From contig JAUXTS010000047.1 of assembly GCA_030679115.1 (NCBI GenBank), positions 1 to 48,674 on the forward strand: a stretch of 48,674 bases of DNA, in the 5' to 3' direction. The notes under the pieces are model-generated. The model saw only the letters and a list, made by a program, of their open reading frames with translations, made no database searches and was not told the DNA's origin. Position 1 is the stretch's first letter; each line of letters begins with the position of its first letter. Of this stretch, positions 27,804 through 37,245 are shown piece by piece. Both the position numbers and the translations under genes were made by a program. The stretch comes from an archaeon (GTDB lineage: Archaea; Nanobdellota; Nanobdellia; Pacearchaeales; GW2011-AR1).

Positions 27804-30623
27804 TTACTCTCCACAACCACTTCTCGTCGTCTGCTTGCACGAAGTGCAGTAAATAGCGCAATTGCCCATTCTCTTTGCAGGCCCTCCGCAATGCGGACAA
27901 GTTAAACCTTCATTACCAAATTCCTGCAATGAAACCTGCGATTCTTTCTGAACTTCGAGAGATTCAATTTTAATATCTAAAGTTCCAGTTCCCTCGCCAA
28001 AATTATTAATCATGAATTGAGCTATATAATCTACTATGGAAGAAGCAGTTCTTATTGGTTTTATTTTTTTGTTCAATTCTCCCTCTTCAATATTTTTTAC
28101 AAATCCTGAAGGTTCAAACTTTTGATGCATGAATTTTGCAAATAAATCTTTTACAGGAATGCCGTATTGAAGATTAATGGAGACAGAACGCGCCCATGCA
28201 TCCATAAGTCCTTTGATAGTCGAGCCTTCTTTATGCATTGTTACAAAAAGTTCCCCAGGCTTTCCATTGTCATAAAATCCTACCGTAATATATCCCTTGT
28301 GCCCAGCAATATCAAATTTATGAGTAATTGATTTTCTTGTCTGCGGTAATTTCTTTCTTTCAGTTACCAAGACATTTACAATTTTTTCTTTCTTTACAAT
28401 TTCTCCTTCAGTTTTCTTAGTATTCAAAGGCTGGCTTCTCTTGCTGTTCTCCCGGTATATTGCAACTGCCTTTAATCCCTGCTCCCATGAAAAAATGTAA
28501 GCTTCTGCTATTTCTTGTGCAGTGCAATTTTCAGGCATATTTATCGTCTTGCTTATTCCTCCGCTCAAGAATGGCTGCACCGCGCCCATCATAAGAACAT
28601 GTCCCTTATAATAAATGGACCTTTTTCCTTTAGCGGGCTTAAAAGCGCAGTCAAATACTGGAAGATGATGTTCAAGCAATCCCGGAGCTCCCTCAACAGT
28701 ATCTTCTTTGTCTACATAAGAAATAATTTTATCAATCTGCTCGCTTGTGTATCCTAAATTTTTCAAAGCCATAGGAACACTTCTGTTTACAATTTTCAGC
28801 ATTCCTCCGCCAGATAATACTTTATATTTTACAAGTGCTATATCTGGTTCAATTCCAGTTGTATCACAATCCATCAAAAAAGCAATTGTTCCAGTTGGAG
28901 CAAGCACAGTTGCCTGGGCATTCCTATATCCATGTTTCTCCCCAAGTTCAAGCGCTTCAACCCAGCAATCCCATGCATCGTTCACAAGATATCTTAATTG
29001 AGTAGGTATTTTATTTACAGGAATTTTTTTAACTTCATCTCTATGCATTTTAATTACATTTAACATTGGCTCTCTGTTCTTTTCAAATTCATTGAATGCA
29101 CCAATATGACTTGCCAATAATGCAGAAGTTTTGTAAGCTTCTCCAGTCATTATCGCAGTTATAGATGCAGCAACTGCTCTTCCTTCTTCGGAATCATATG
29201 GCATTCCCAAACTCATTAACAAAGCACCAAGATTTGCATATCCTAATCCAAGAGGCCGAAAATCATGCGCATTCTTGGTTATTTTTGAAGTGGGATAACT
29301 GCTTCCGTCAACAGCAATATCCATAGATATAATAAAATTTTTAATAACCTGCTTAAATTTTTCAACATCAAATTTTCCATCTTCAGTTCTGAATTTCATA
29401 AGATTTATTGACGCAAGATTGCAGGAACTATCGTCGATAAATAAAAATTCACTGCACGGGTTACTCGCATTAATTCTTTCGCTATTCTTGCATGTATGCC
29501 ATTTATTTGTTGTAGTATCAAATTGCATTCCTGGGTCTCCGCAAAGCCATGTTCCTTCAGCTATTTTATTCAATAAATCTCTTGCCTTAAAAGTTTCACA
29601 TACCCCATTTGAAGCAACAAATTTTGTCTGCCACTCTCCATTATTTTTTACAGATTCCATAAATTCATCCTGCGCCCTTACAGAAAGATTGCAGTTTTGA
29701 AAAGCTACTGTCCCATAGGCTTCTCCATTCATCCCGCCCGAATAACCCTGTTCAATTAATGCCCAAGCTTTCTTTTCTTCATTTTGTTTTGCCATTATAA
29801 ATTCCATTATGTCTGGATGATCTATATTCAATATCTCCATTTTTGCAGCTCTTCTTGTCTTGCCTCCAGATTTAATTATTCCAGCATAGGCGTCATATCC
29901 TTTTATGAAACTTACCGGCCCTGAAGCTCTTCCTCCTCCAGTAAGTCTTTCTTTAGAACTTCTCAATGTAGATCTATTAGTTCCTGTTCCAGAACCTGCC
30001 CTGAAAAGATTAGCTTCTGAAACCTGCACCGCAAGAATTGATTCCATATGGTCCTCTACTTTTTGTATAAAACACGCTGAACACTGGGGATTATCATCTG
30101 TTCTTTTAGCTTGAACAACACTATTTGTTGCAAAATCCCATTTGTAAGCCGAAACTCCTCCTGCATCTGGATTATATTCTTGATTAGTTCCTGCATTAAA
30201 CCATACTGGAGAATTGAAAGAGCCTAATTGATTAAGGCAAATAGCAGTCATTTCATCTCTCAAAATTGAACTTTGAATTTCATCAAAATATCTTTGTTTT
30301 AATGCCTGCCTTCCAATAAATCTAGAAACTCTTCCAACAAGCTGTTCTATAGAATTTTCTCTTTCTCCTTTATTTTGGTCTCCCCAGAAATATTTGCTGG
30401 CTACAACTTTTATTGCTAATGTGCTCCAAAAATCCGGCCTTTTGACATTCGGCTGGGTGAATATAGTTTTTCCCATATCATCACTCACTCTGACATCTTC
30501 AGAAATCCATTTTAATGGATTGCCGTAAATATCAAATTCAAACGGATTTTTGCCTTCATGACTCAAATATTTATTAAGTCTAAGTTCATTTTTCAATTGC
30601 AATCTCCCTTTATCAAATTCCAT
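27804..30623 (-). CDS. nrdJ: Class II (B12-dependent) ribonucleotide reductase
   Basis: FNSPVWFN, SACFI, GGKTRRAA, NPCSE, APTGT, ISKTIN; C-terminal TSCPD-like and Zn-finger region. Confidence 0.95.
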   Translation of the reverse strand: MEFDKGRLQLKNELRLNKYLSHEGKNPFEFDIYGNPLKWISEDVRVSDDMGKTIFTQPNVKRPDFWSTLAIKVVASKYFWGDQNKGERENSIEQLVGRVSRFIGRQALKQRYFDEIQSSILRDEMTAICLNQLGSFNSPVWFNAGTNQEYNPDAGGVSAYKWDFATNSVVQAKRTDDNPQCSACFIQKVEDHMESILAVQVSEANLFRAGSGTGTNRSTLRSSKERLTGGGRASGPVSFIKGYDAYAGIIKSGGKTRRAAKMEILNIDHPDIMEFIMAKQNEEKKAWALIEQGYSGGMNGEAYGTVAFQNCNLSVRAQDEFMESVKNNGEWQTKFVASNGVCETFKARDLLNKIAEGTWLCGDPGMQFDTTTNKWHTCKNSERINASNPCSEFLFIDDSSCNLASINLMKFRTEDGKFDVEKFKQVIKNFIISMDIAVDGSSYPTSKITKNAHDFRPLGLGYANLGALLMSLGMPYDSEEGRAVAASITAIMTGEAYKTSALLASHIGAFNEFEKNREPMLNVIKMHRDEVKKIPVNKIPTQLRYLVNDAWDCWVEALELGEKHGYRNAQATVLAPTGTIAFLMDCDTTGIEPDIALVKYKVLSGGGMLKIVNRSVPMALKNLGYTSEQIDKIISYVDKEDTVEGAPGLLEHHLPVFDCAFKPAKGKRSIYYKGHVLMMGAVQPFLSGGISKTINMPENCTAQEIAEAYIFSWEQGLKAVAIYRENSKRSQPLNTKKTEGEIVKKEKIVNVLVTERKKLPQTRKSITHKFDIAGHKGYITVGFYDNGKPGELFVTMHKEGSTIKGLMDAWARSVSINLQYGIPVKDLFAKFMHQKFEPSGFVKNIEEGELNKKIKPIRTASSIVDYIAQFMINNFGEGTGTLDIKIESLEVQKESQVSLQEFGNEGLTCPHCGGPAKRMGNCAIYCTSCKQTTRSGCGE

Positions 30624-30624
30624 A

Positions 30625-31065
30625 TTAATCTTTTAACTCCCTTATTTCTTTTTTAAAATCTGAAACATCTGTAAAATCTTTATATACTGAAGCAAATCTT
30701 ATATAAGCGACTTTATCCAATTTCTTCAATTCATTTGAAACAAATTTGCCTATCATTTCACTCTTTATCTCTTTTCCTTCTTTTTTGAGTTTTTCTTCAA
30801 CAAATACCATCATTTGCGTTATCTGTTCATCAGTTATTGGCCTTTTCTCACATGCCTTTATTATTCCACCCTTTAATTTTTCAGCATCAAAACTCTCTCT
30901 ATTCCCACTTTTCTTAATTACTCTCATTTCACTATGCTCTAAACTTTCAGCAGTATTGAATCTTTTTTTGCATTTTAGGCATTCTCTTCTTCTTTTAGTC
31001 AGAGCATCTATATCTCTCTTATCTAGCACTTTCGTTTCAGGATTAGAACAATATGGGCACAGCAT
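30625..31065 (-). CDS. nrdR: Transcriptional repressor NrdR
   Basis: CPYC...KRRREC..C..RF.T.E Zn ribbon, ATP cone, DKVAYIRFASVY. Confidence 0.95.
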   Translation of the reverse strand: MLCPYCSNPETKVLDKRDIDALTKRRRECLKCKKRFNTAESLEHSEMRVIKKSGNRESFDAEKLKGGIIKACEKRPITDEQITQMMVFVEEKLKKEGKEIKSEMIGKFVSNELKKLDKVAYIRFASVYKDFTDVSDFKKEIRELKD

Positions 31066-31079
31066 TTTCTCTTTTTATT

Positions 31080-31126
31080 ACTCAACAGATTGTGTTTTTC
31101 CGAGAGAAAACCACAACTTATTGTGT
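31080..31126. promoter_or_regulatory. Two tandem NrdR boxes
   Basis: ACTCAACAGATTGTGT (31080-31095) and CCACAACTTATTGTGT (31111-31126) resemble the consensus acaCwAtATaTwGtgt; 31 bp start to start. Confidence 0.85.
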
Positions 31127-31231
31127 TATCAAGTCCGCTACTTTTTTATTTATTTAAACATTTCTATACTCTACTTTCTATCGTCGCTATTATTAAAAAT
31201 AAAATGCGTATTATTTTATGAGTAGTAAATT

Positions 31232-31750
31232 TTATTTATTTTTTGAGTGCCACATTGTTTTTAAAATTGTCTTGCAGATAATCATAGAAGTATCTCCAGT
31301 ACCATAATCTTTATCACCAATCTTAAGATTTAATTTATTCCAGTCAAGGAAATGCAAATTGACATTCTTGCCCCATTTATATAAAAATCCCTCATCATTA
31401 CTTAATAATTCCATACTCCCTTCAAAACATCCAGAATAAGCACATACTCCCTCTCTATTTCTGGGATAATATCCTTCTCCATGCCCTCCTTGATATTTAT
31501 ATTCCCATAATTCTAATGGCTTATCTTTTCTATCGTCTCCTCGAATTAAAAAAAATCTACTAATATATTCTTCTGCTCTTTGCCTATTTGCAAATGGAGA
31601 ATCTTTATATGTAAAAAATACATGCGGAGTTAATATTTGAGCTATAATAACATCTAATTGAATTCCTGCAGGTAATTTTAATGCATTATCTAAAGTAAAA
31701 TTCTCTTTAGATTTTAAATCAGATAAATTAAAAATATCCTTTCTATCCAT
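31232..31750 (-). CDS. Hypothetical protein
   Basis: 172-aa ORF with a TATA upstream; no recognised motif. Confidence 0.65.
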   Translation of the reverse strand: MDRKDIFNLSDLKSKENFTLDNALKLPAGIQLDVIIAQILTPHVFFTYKDSPFANRQRAEEYISRFFLIRGDDRKDKPLELWEYKYQGGHGEGYYPRNREGVCAYSGCFEGSMELLSNDEGFLYKWGKNVNLHFLDWNKLNLKIGDKDYGTGDTSMIICKTILKTMWHSKNK

Positions 31751-31862
31751 AATATAAAAGACTATGAATCGTTTTTAAATATTTATATATTGTAAAAAAT
31801 AACTTAATCTCTTCAGTAATTCCCAATGTAAGATTTATAAACAATGACTCCTTGTATTTAAT

Positions 31863-32114
31863 ATGGCTGACGCATTATCTCTATCTGCAATCTTGGGAGT
31901 TCCGTTATGGCTATTAATCTTAGCAGTAATATGGAGTCTTGTCTGGAAAGCTCTTGCTCTCTGGAAATCCGCACGCCGAAACTCACCAGTTTGGTTTATC
32001 GCGCTTCTTGTAATTAATACATTTGGTATTTTGGAAATACTTTATTTATTCCTATTCTCAAAGATAAAACTGCCAAAAGTAAAGGAAAAAGAAAAATCTA
32101 AGAAAAAGAGATGA
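31863..32114 (+). CDS. DUF5652-like membrane protein
   Basis: WSLVWKALALWKSA....WF..LL.INT.GILE.LY. Confidence 0.8.
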   Translation: MADALSLSAILGVPLWLLILAVIWSLVWKALALWKSARRNSPVWFIALLVINTFGILEILYLFLFSKIKLPKVKEKEKSKKKR

Positions 32115-32341
32115 GCGAACAGAAGTTTAAGAGGCATCAAAAAGTAAAAATTTTAGTTATTCCAAATGAAGAATATGTGGAATATTATACAGATACTCCT
32201 ATAAAGATAACTAAGGGCATGTCTGGAAAAATAAATCTCCTTCTACCAAATGGACAATATCATGTAGAAATTCTTGATGATAAAGAAGAAACCCTTGCTT
32301 ATGCCCCTTTTAACGAAGAAGACTTAGAAGCTGAAGAATAA
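32111..32341 (+). CDS. Small SH3/KOW-like hypothetical protein
   Basis: F..HQKVKIL...G..G.I......YHVE....F.EEDLE; ATGA overlap. Confidence 0.6.
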   Translation: MSEQKFKRHQKVKILVIPNEEYVEYYTDTPIKITKGMSGKINLLLPNGQYHVEILDDKEETLAYAPFNEEDLEAEE

Positions 32342-32351
32342 TTAAATCTTG

Positions 32352-32726
32352 TTAATTTTTTTCTAATGTCTTCTGACAAGATTCATTAGGATGCTCAATT
32401 GCAGAACGAGAGACTTCAAATTGATCTTTTGGGAGATATAACTTTCTTCCATTAACTTTGACACCATATAAAATCTCATCTTTCAAAGTGTCATAGCTTG
32501 TCCAAAGGAATCCGCCATTTTTTACTTTTTTCTGAACAATTTTGTCCTCTACTCCATCACCATTAACATCTCTATAAATTGGAGGATTTGGATTAGATGC
32601 TTTACATGTAGAGTATAATTGTAGTGCCCCAATTGTTGCTATTAATGTAGTCATTAATGTAACCAAACCTAACTCTGAAAATATTATTTCTGTTGCTATA
32701 CCAACAAGGTCTTTAATTTTTGACAT
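32352..32726 (-). CDS. Single-TM protein with DxDxDG-type Ca-binding loop
   Basis: TM helix followed by DVNGDGVED. Confidence 0.7.
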   Translation of the reverse strand: MSKIKDLVGIATEIIFSELGLVTLMTTLIATIGALQLYSTCKASNPNPPIYRDVNGDGVEDKIVQKKVKNGGFLWTSYDTLKDEILYGVKVNGRKLYLPKDQFEVSRSAIEHPNESCQKTLEKN

Positions 32727-32801
32727 TTTTATTTTTCCTAAAATACTTAAAAATCATCAGTTTATAAATCTTTCCAAAGTCATCACTTTAAAATTACACA
32801 A

Positions 32802-32888
32802 CTATTTCTTCTTTCTCTTAACTTTTCCCTTATTAGCATACATCTTAAGTATTCTTTCTCTTCTCTTTCGTCTTATTATTTTTCTCAT
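32802..32888 (-). CDS. Unannotated 28-aa highly basic peptide
   Basis: MRKIIRRKRRERILKMYANKGKVKRKKK*, with AAAGTTTAAAAA about 25 nt upstream of the ATG. Confidence 0.55.
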   Translation of the reverse strand: MRKIIRRKRRERILKMYANKGKVKRKKK

Positions 32889-32932
32889 GTTTCTTTTATG
32901 AATTCTTGATTTTTAAACTTTGTCTAATCAAT

Positions 32933-33193
32933 CTATTTGTTTTTTCTGGAAAAATAGTTATAAAGTCCTGTAAATATCCACCCAATAACTGCACCGACAA
33001 TAAATGCAACTACAATGCCTGCAATCAAAGTCACAAAACTAAACTGTTGTAATGTATAAGGCATCGAAATAAAATGCAGCCGCTCAGCATATTTAATAAC
33101 TCCTAATTGAATTAATAAAATATTTATAGTATGGGTTATGCTAAATAAAACTCCTAACGATAAAGCTACATTCTTTTTGTTTAATTTTTCCAT
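32933..33193 (-). CDS. Small two-TM membrane protein
   Basis: Probable start MEKLN at 33193; two hydrophobic helices ending in GWIFTGLYN. Confidence 0.65.
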   Translation of the reverse strand: MEKLNKKNVALSLGVLFSITHTINILLIQLGVIKYAERLHFISMPYTLQQFSFVTLIAGIVVAFIVGAVIGWIFTGLYNYFSRKNK

Positions 33194-33224
33194 ACCATAA
33201 CAAGCAAATAATTGTATATAAACT

Positions 33225-34337
33225 TTAACTTTTAACAATTTCCCCTAACTCATTAATAACAAAATCAACTTCTTTCCTTCTTATGTTTTCACCAAAAGAA
33301 AATCTTAAACTCCCTGCAATCTCTTTCTCATTCAAGCCAATCGCTTTCAAAACTTTTTTATTATTTTTTCTCTTGCTCTCGCAAGCACTTCCAGTTGAAC
33401 ACATTATTCCTTTCTGCGACAATTTTATCACGGCTTCATCTGCGTCAAGTCCTAAAAAGCTGACATGCACATTCCCCGCAATTCTTTTTTCGCGAGAGCC
33501 GTTTATTTTTCCCCCAATTTCCTCCAATTCAATCATAAAATAATCCCTAATCTTTCTAATTTTATTATCATCAATCTTTTTTGTAATTTCCAATGCTTTT
33601 GCAAATCCTGCAATTGCAGGAACATTTTCAGTTCCTCCCCGCAATCCTTTTTCTTGTCCTCCTCCATAAATCATAGGTTCGATTTCAATTCCATTTTCAA
33701 CATACAAAAATCCAATTCCTTTCATCCCCCCAATCTTATGTCCGCATACAGAAAGCAAACTAATCCCCATTTCTTTGACATTGATTTTTTCTTTTCCAAA
33801 ACTCTGCACCGCATCTGTATGAAATAATGCTCCTTTCTTTTTGCAAATCTCACCTATTTTTCTCAAATCCTGCAAAACTCCAATCTCGTTATTCGCGTGG
33901 ATAATTGAAACAAAAAGAGTATTTTTATCAATATTTTTTTCCAATTCCTTCAAATCAATAAATCCCTCTTCATTAACAGGAATTTCTACAATTTCATAAC
34001 CTTCTCTCTTTAATGCTTTACAAATCTCAAAAATTGAAGAATGTTCAATAGAACTTATCACAATTTTCTTTTTTTCCTTATTTGCTCTAGCCAAACCAAA
34101 AAAAGCAAGATTATTTGCTTCAGTAGCGCCAGAAGTAAAAATAATCTCTTCTACTTTTGCTCCAATTTCTCTAGCAATCACAACTCGGGCATTATCAATC
34201 GCTTTTCTGGCTCTCTCTCCCATTTCATGAGTAGAAGAAGGATTTCCATAATCCTCTAAATAAAATTTTTCAATTTCTTCAGCAACTTCTCTGTAAACAG
34301 GGGTTGTTGCCGCGTTATCCATGTAAATTATTTTCAT
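33225..34337 (-). CDS. iscS: Cysteine desulfurase (IscS/NifS group I)
   Basis: YMDNAATT, GNPSS, FTSGATE, HTDAVQ, GHK (PLP Lys), STGSAC. Confidence 0.93.
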   Translation of the reverse strand: MKIIYMDNAATTPVYREVAEEIEKFYLEDYGNPSSTHEMGERARKAIDNARVVIAREIGAKVEEIIFTSGATEANNLAFFGLARANKEKKKIVISSIEHSSIFEICKALKREGYEIVEIPVNEEGFIDLKELEKNIDKNTLFVSIIHANNEIGVLQDLRKIGEICKKKGALFHTDAVQSFGKEKINVKEMGISLLSVCGHKIGGMKGIGFLYVENGIEIEPMIYGGGQEKGLRGGTENVPAIAGFAKALEITKKIDDNKIRKIRDYFMIELEEIGGKINGSREKRIAGNVHVSFLGLDADEAVIKLSQKGIMCSTGSACESKRKNNKKVLKAIGLNEKEIAGSLRFSFGENIRRKEVDFVINELGEIVKS

Positions 34338-34442
34338 ACTAATATATTCAAAATTTACTTTAATAAGATTGCTATTTAGAATTCCTAAAAATCTATTAAA
34401 TTAATTTAAATAGTTTCTTGTTCTTGTTTATAATAATATAAA

Positions 34443-34931
34443 ATGCCATTTCAGATAAAACTTCTAACAGATACACGGGAAATAATGCCTCTCTATGAAT
34501 TCATAAGACAATTTCCATTAGATTATCCAGATTATTCTCTCTGGTTGAAAAAATGTAAAAGAGAGCTTGAATTAATGTATAAAAAAGCATTTTATGCAAC
34601 TAATGATGCAGGAATTATTGCAGGAAGCGCGATATTTCAGAGACATAAGCAAGAACATTCAATTTTAGAGATAAAAAATTTAAGAGTCTCTCCAGAATTT
34701 GAAAGAAATGGCTTAGGTTCAATATTAATTGATTCAGTAGAACAATTTGCCCGCGAATTTAGATTTAAAAGAATGCAATGCGACGCCCATCCGGAAAATC
34801 CAGCAATAAAATTTCTTGAAAAAAGAGGATTTAGTATAAATGCAGAAGAAACCCTATATTCTATCGGAAATGAAATAATTCTCTGCAAGGATATTCAAAA
34901 TGGAACATCTGGCAATCCTATCAAAAACTAA
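34443..34931 (+). CDS. GNAT acetyltransferase
   Basis: Motif A LRVSPEFERNGLGSILI and motif B N.AIKFLEKRGF. Confidence 0.88.
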   Translation: MPFQIKLLTDTREIMPLYEFIRQFPLDYPDYSLWLKKCKRELELMYKKAFYATNDAGIIAGSAIFQRHKQEHSILEIKNLRVSPEFERNGLGSILIDSVEQFAREFRFKRMQCDAHPENPAIKFLEKRGFSINAEETLYSIGNEIILCKDIQNGTSGNPIKN

Positions 34932-35310
34932 TAATCTTCTCTCCAAAATACTTTCTGGGGAGAAAACTATTGAATCGCGCTGGTACAAGCATAAAAAGGC
35001 CCCTTTTGGAACTCTTTCAAAAGGAGATATAATTTATTTTAAAGAATCGGGCGCCCAGGTAACTGCTCGTGCATCTGTCAAAGATTTTGAAGTTTATGAA
35101 AATCTCTCTCCAGATGAAATTAAATCTATTTTATCAAGATATTCAGCACAGCTTGGAGTTGATATCTCTTATTATGATAATATTAAAGATAAAACTCTGT
35201 GTATGTTAATCTTTCTGCAAGATGTTGAAAAAATTCCTCCTTTCAATGTCAAAAAAAGCTACGGAACTGCCTGGATTTCTCTTGATAGCATTAATAAATT
35301 AAGAATATAA
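34900..35310 (+). CDS. ASCH (PUA-like) domain protein
   Basis: ILSGEKTIESR (GxKxxExR) and GDIIYF; overlaps the GNAT gene. Confidence 0.85.
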   Translation: MEHLAILSKTNNLLSKILSGEKTIESRWYKHKKAPFGTLSKGDIIYFKESGAQVTARASVKDFEVYENLSPDEIKSILSRYSAQLGVDISYYDNIKDKTLCMLIFLQDVEKIPPFNVKKSYGTAWISLDSINKLRI

Positions 35311-35343
35311 ATCCTTATAAACAAACAATTATAATTTAATAAT

Positions 35344-35742
35344 ATGACTGATGAAAAAATAAAATCTTTGGATTCCTTAGAATTCTCAGGAAAATTGTTT
35401 CCTAAACAATGGTGGGCAGAATTTCTGGCAAATCCCTCAGATATATTTATACCAGAACATGCAGAATACGATGGAAAAAAATATATGAAAAAATTTGGCA
35501 GTAAAATTATATATTTTACAGACAGATCTAGATCTATTGAGGTTTACAGATGTATAGAATGTAATTCGATCGTTAATGGTTCGACAGTGATTCATCCAGT
35601 TTGGGATGATCCGTCAGGAATAGGAGGATTTGGTTCAATACCTTATATAGAATCAGTTCCCTATTGTCCAAGATGCGAAAAAGAGCCCAATATTAACGGG
35701 GCGCCGATAAGATTAAATCTTTCTAAATCTAAGGCAAGTTGA
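35344..35742 (+). CDS. Hypothetical protein with Zn-ribbon
   Basis: CIEC ... CPRC pair. Confidence 0.65.
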   Translation: MTDEKIKSLDSLEFSGKLFPKQWWAEFLANPSDIFIPEHAEYDGKKYMKKFGSKIIYFTDRSRSIEVYRCIECNSIVNGSTVIHPVWDDPSGIGGFGSIPYIESVPYCPRCEKEPNINGAPIRLNLSKSKAS

Positions 35743-36566
35743 AAATGATAATTAGCAATTTAATTCAAAAATATATTAAACAGAAAATTAATCCAAGAGA
35801 ATGTCCCCTTTTATTTCCTGGAAATGAAACCTTCACCCCTCATGCTGAAATTTTTCATGGCGGAGCAGAGATACTTGAATTTATGGGAAGCATCAAGCAT
35901 ATTACATTTCATTCATTGCCTCCAAAATTAATAATCTCCGGAATAAATACAACAAATAAAATAATCTATGTGGCTAATGGAGAAGTCACACTCAATTTAA
36001 ACAATCATCATTTATCAATAAGCAAAGGAAAAAAATTCAATCTGCCAAAAGCAGGTTTTCCAACAAAATTAGCTGTCGGAGACGAAGAAACAATTCTTTT
36101 GGAATTTTCAGATAGGGAAAATAATGATTTTTCTTCAATGGCTAATCTAGAATTTGTAAAATCTTCAAAAGGGCATATGTTCAATTCCTTAAAATTCACA
36201 CAAGACTGGCCATCTCCAATAGAGCAGGCAATCTTTGCAGAATACGCTCAGGGAAATTATTCTACCTCTCCTAATATTCGAGGAAGAGAAACTCTTACTT
36301 GGGTTATGGAAGGCAGCGTAAAATCTTATTGGGAAGAGAAAGGAGACCCCATAGCCATATGGCCTCATCCAAAGGAGGATATATTCTTTACCGATGACAT
36401 GTCGAAAAGCCGTCTTTATGGAGTTAGAAATGCTTATGTTTCTCAAGTTGGGAGGCACTATAAATATTATTCAAGAACTCTTACCTTGGCAGATAAAGTA
36501 GCAGAAATAAACCCTGATGTAAGCCCAGGACTTAGAAAAGTTCTTGAAAGAACAAGCGCGCAATAA
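35739..36566 (+). CDS. Hypothetical protein, possibly degenerate cupin fold
   Basis: IYVANGEVTL...SKG and TWVMEGSV resemble cupin strands; the metal-binding His residues are not evident. Confidence 0.55.
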   Translation: MKMIISNLIQKYIKQKINPRECPLLFPGNETFTPHAEIFHGGAEILEFMGSIKHITFHSLPPKLIISGINTTNKIIYVANGEVTLNLNNHHLSISKGKKFNLPKAGFPTKLAVGDEETILLEFSDRENNDFSSMANLEFVKSSKGHMFNSLKFTQDWPSPIEQAIFAEYAQGNYSTSPNIRGRETLTWVMEGSVKSYWEEKGDPIAIWPHPKEDIFFTDDMSKSRLYGVRNAYVSQVGRHYKYYSRTLTLADKVAEINPDVSPGLRKVLERTSAQ

Positions 36567-36605
36567 ATAGAAAACATTTATAAAACTCTTTCTTCTAATT
36601 AAAAT

Positions 36606-37157
36606 ATGGTACTTGGTTGGATACTTATTGCAGTAATTGCAGTAATAGTAATAGCTTTCATAGGATATTATAATAGATTTACAGTAATGGAAAATAGAGT
36701 GAATAACTCTCTTTCACAAATTGATGTTCAGCTTAAGAAAAGAGCAGATTTGGTTCCAAATCTTATAAGCACGGTAAAAGGTTATGCTAAGCATGAAAAA
36801 GGCATTATGCAGGATGTTACCGAAGCAAGAAAAGCACTTCTTTCCGCAAAGACAATAACTGAAAAAGTAAAAGCAGGCGCAGAATTGCAGACTGCCCTCA
36901 AGTCTATTTTTGCACTAGCAGAAAACTATCCTCAATTGAGAGCCAATGAGAATTTCCTTCAGCTTCAACAGGAGCTTTCAGCAATAGAAGACAAAGTTGC
37001 TTATTCAAGGCAGTTCTACAACGACTCCATCTTGACGTTCAATAACATGGTGGAAACCTTCCCAGGATTCATGTTTGCAAGACTTTACGGCAAGAAAGAA
37101 AAACACTTCCTTGAGATAAAAGCCGAGGAAAGAGCTGTTCCTAAAGTTTCATTCTGA
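36606..37157 (+). CDS. lemA: LemA family protein
   Basis: IDVQLKKRADLVPNL...VKGY..HE, AENYPQL.A..NF, RQFYN, FP. Confidence 0.95.
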   Translation: MVLGWILIAVIAVIVIAFIGYYNRFTVMENRVNNSLSQIDVQLKKRADLVPNLISTVKGYAKHEKGIMQDVTEARKALLSAKTITEKVKAGAELQTALKSIFALAENYPQLRANENFLQLQQELSAIEDKVAYSRQFYNDSILTFNNMVETFPGFMFARLYGKKEKHFLEIKAEERAVPKVSF

Positions 37158-37245
37158 GATTCTAAAATTTCAAATCTTACTGAGAAAAAAATCAGAGGCA
37201 CCACCTCGCACTGAGACGCAAGACGACTCAAAGTTATTTTTAATC

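Noticed and set aside
18928-30623. Inteins in rpoA, rpoB or nrdJ
   Set aside because: Protein lengths are normal or short, with no C/S...HN splice-junction insertions or LAGLIDADG motifs seen
32802-32888. Assignment as ribosomal protein eL41/eS32
   Set aside because: Similar size and charge but lacks the KW.KKR.RRLKR motif; left unnamed
37180-37232. Three tiny tandem hairpins after lemA as another family-1 copy
   Set aside because: Stems are only 3-4 bp and could arise by chance
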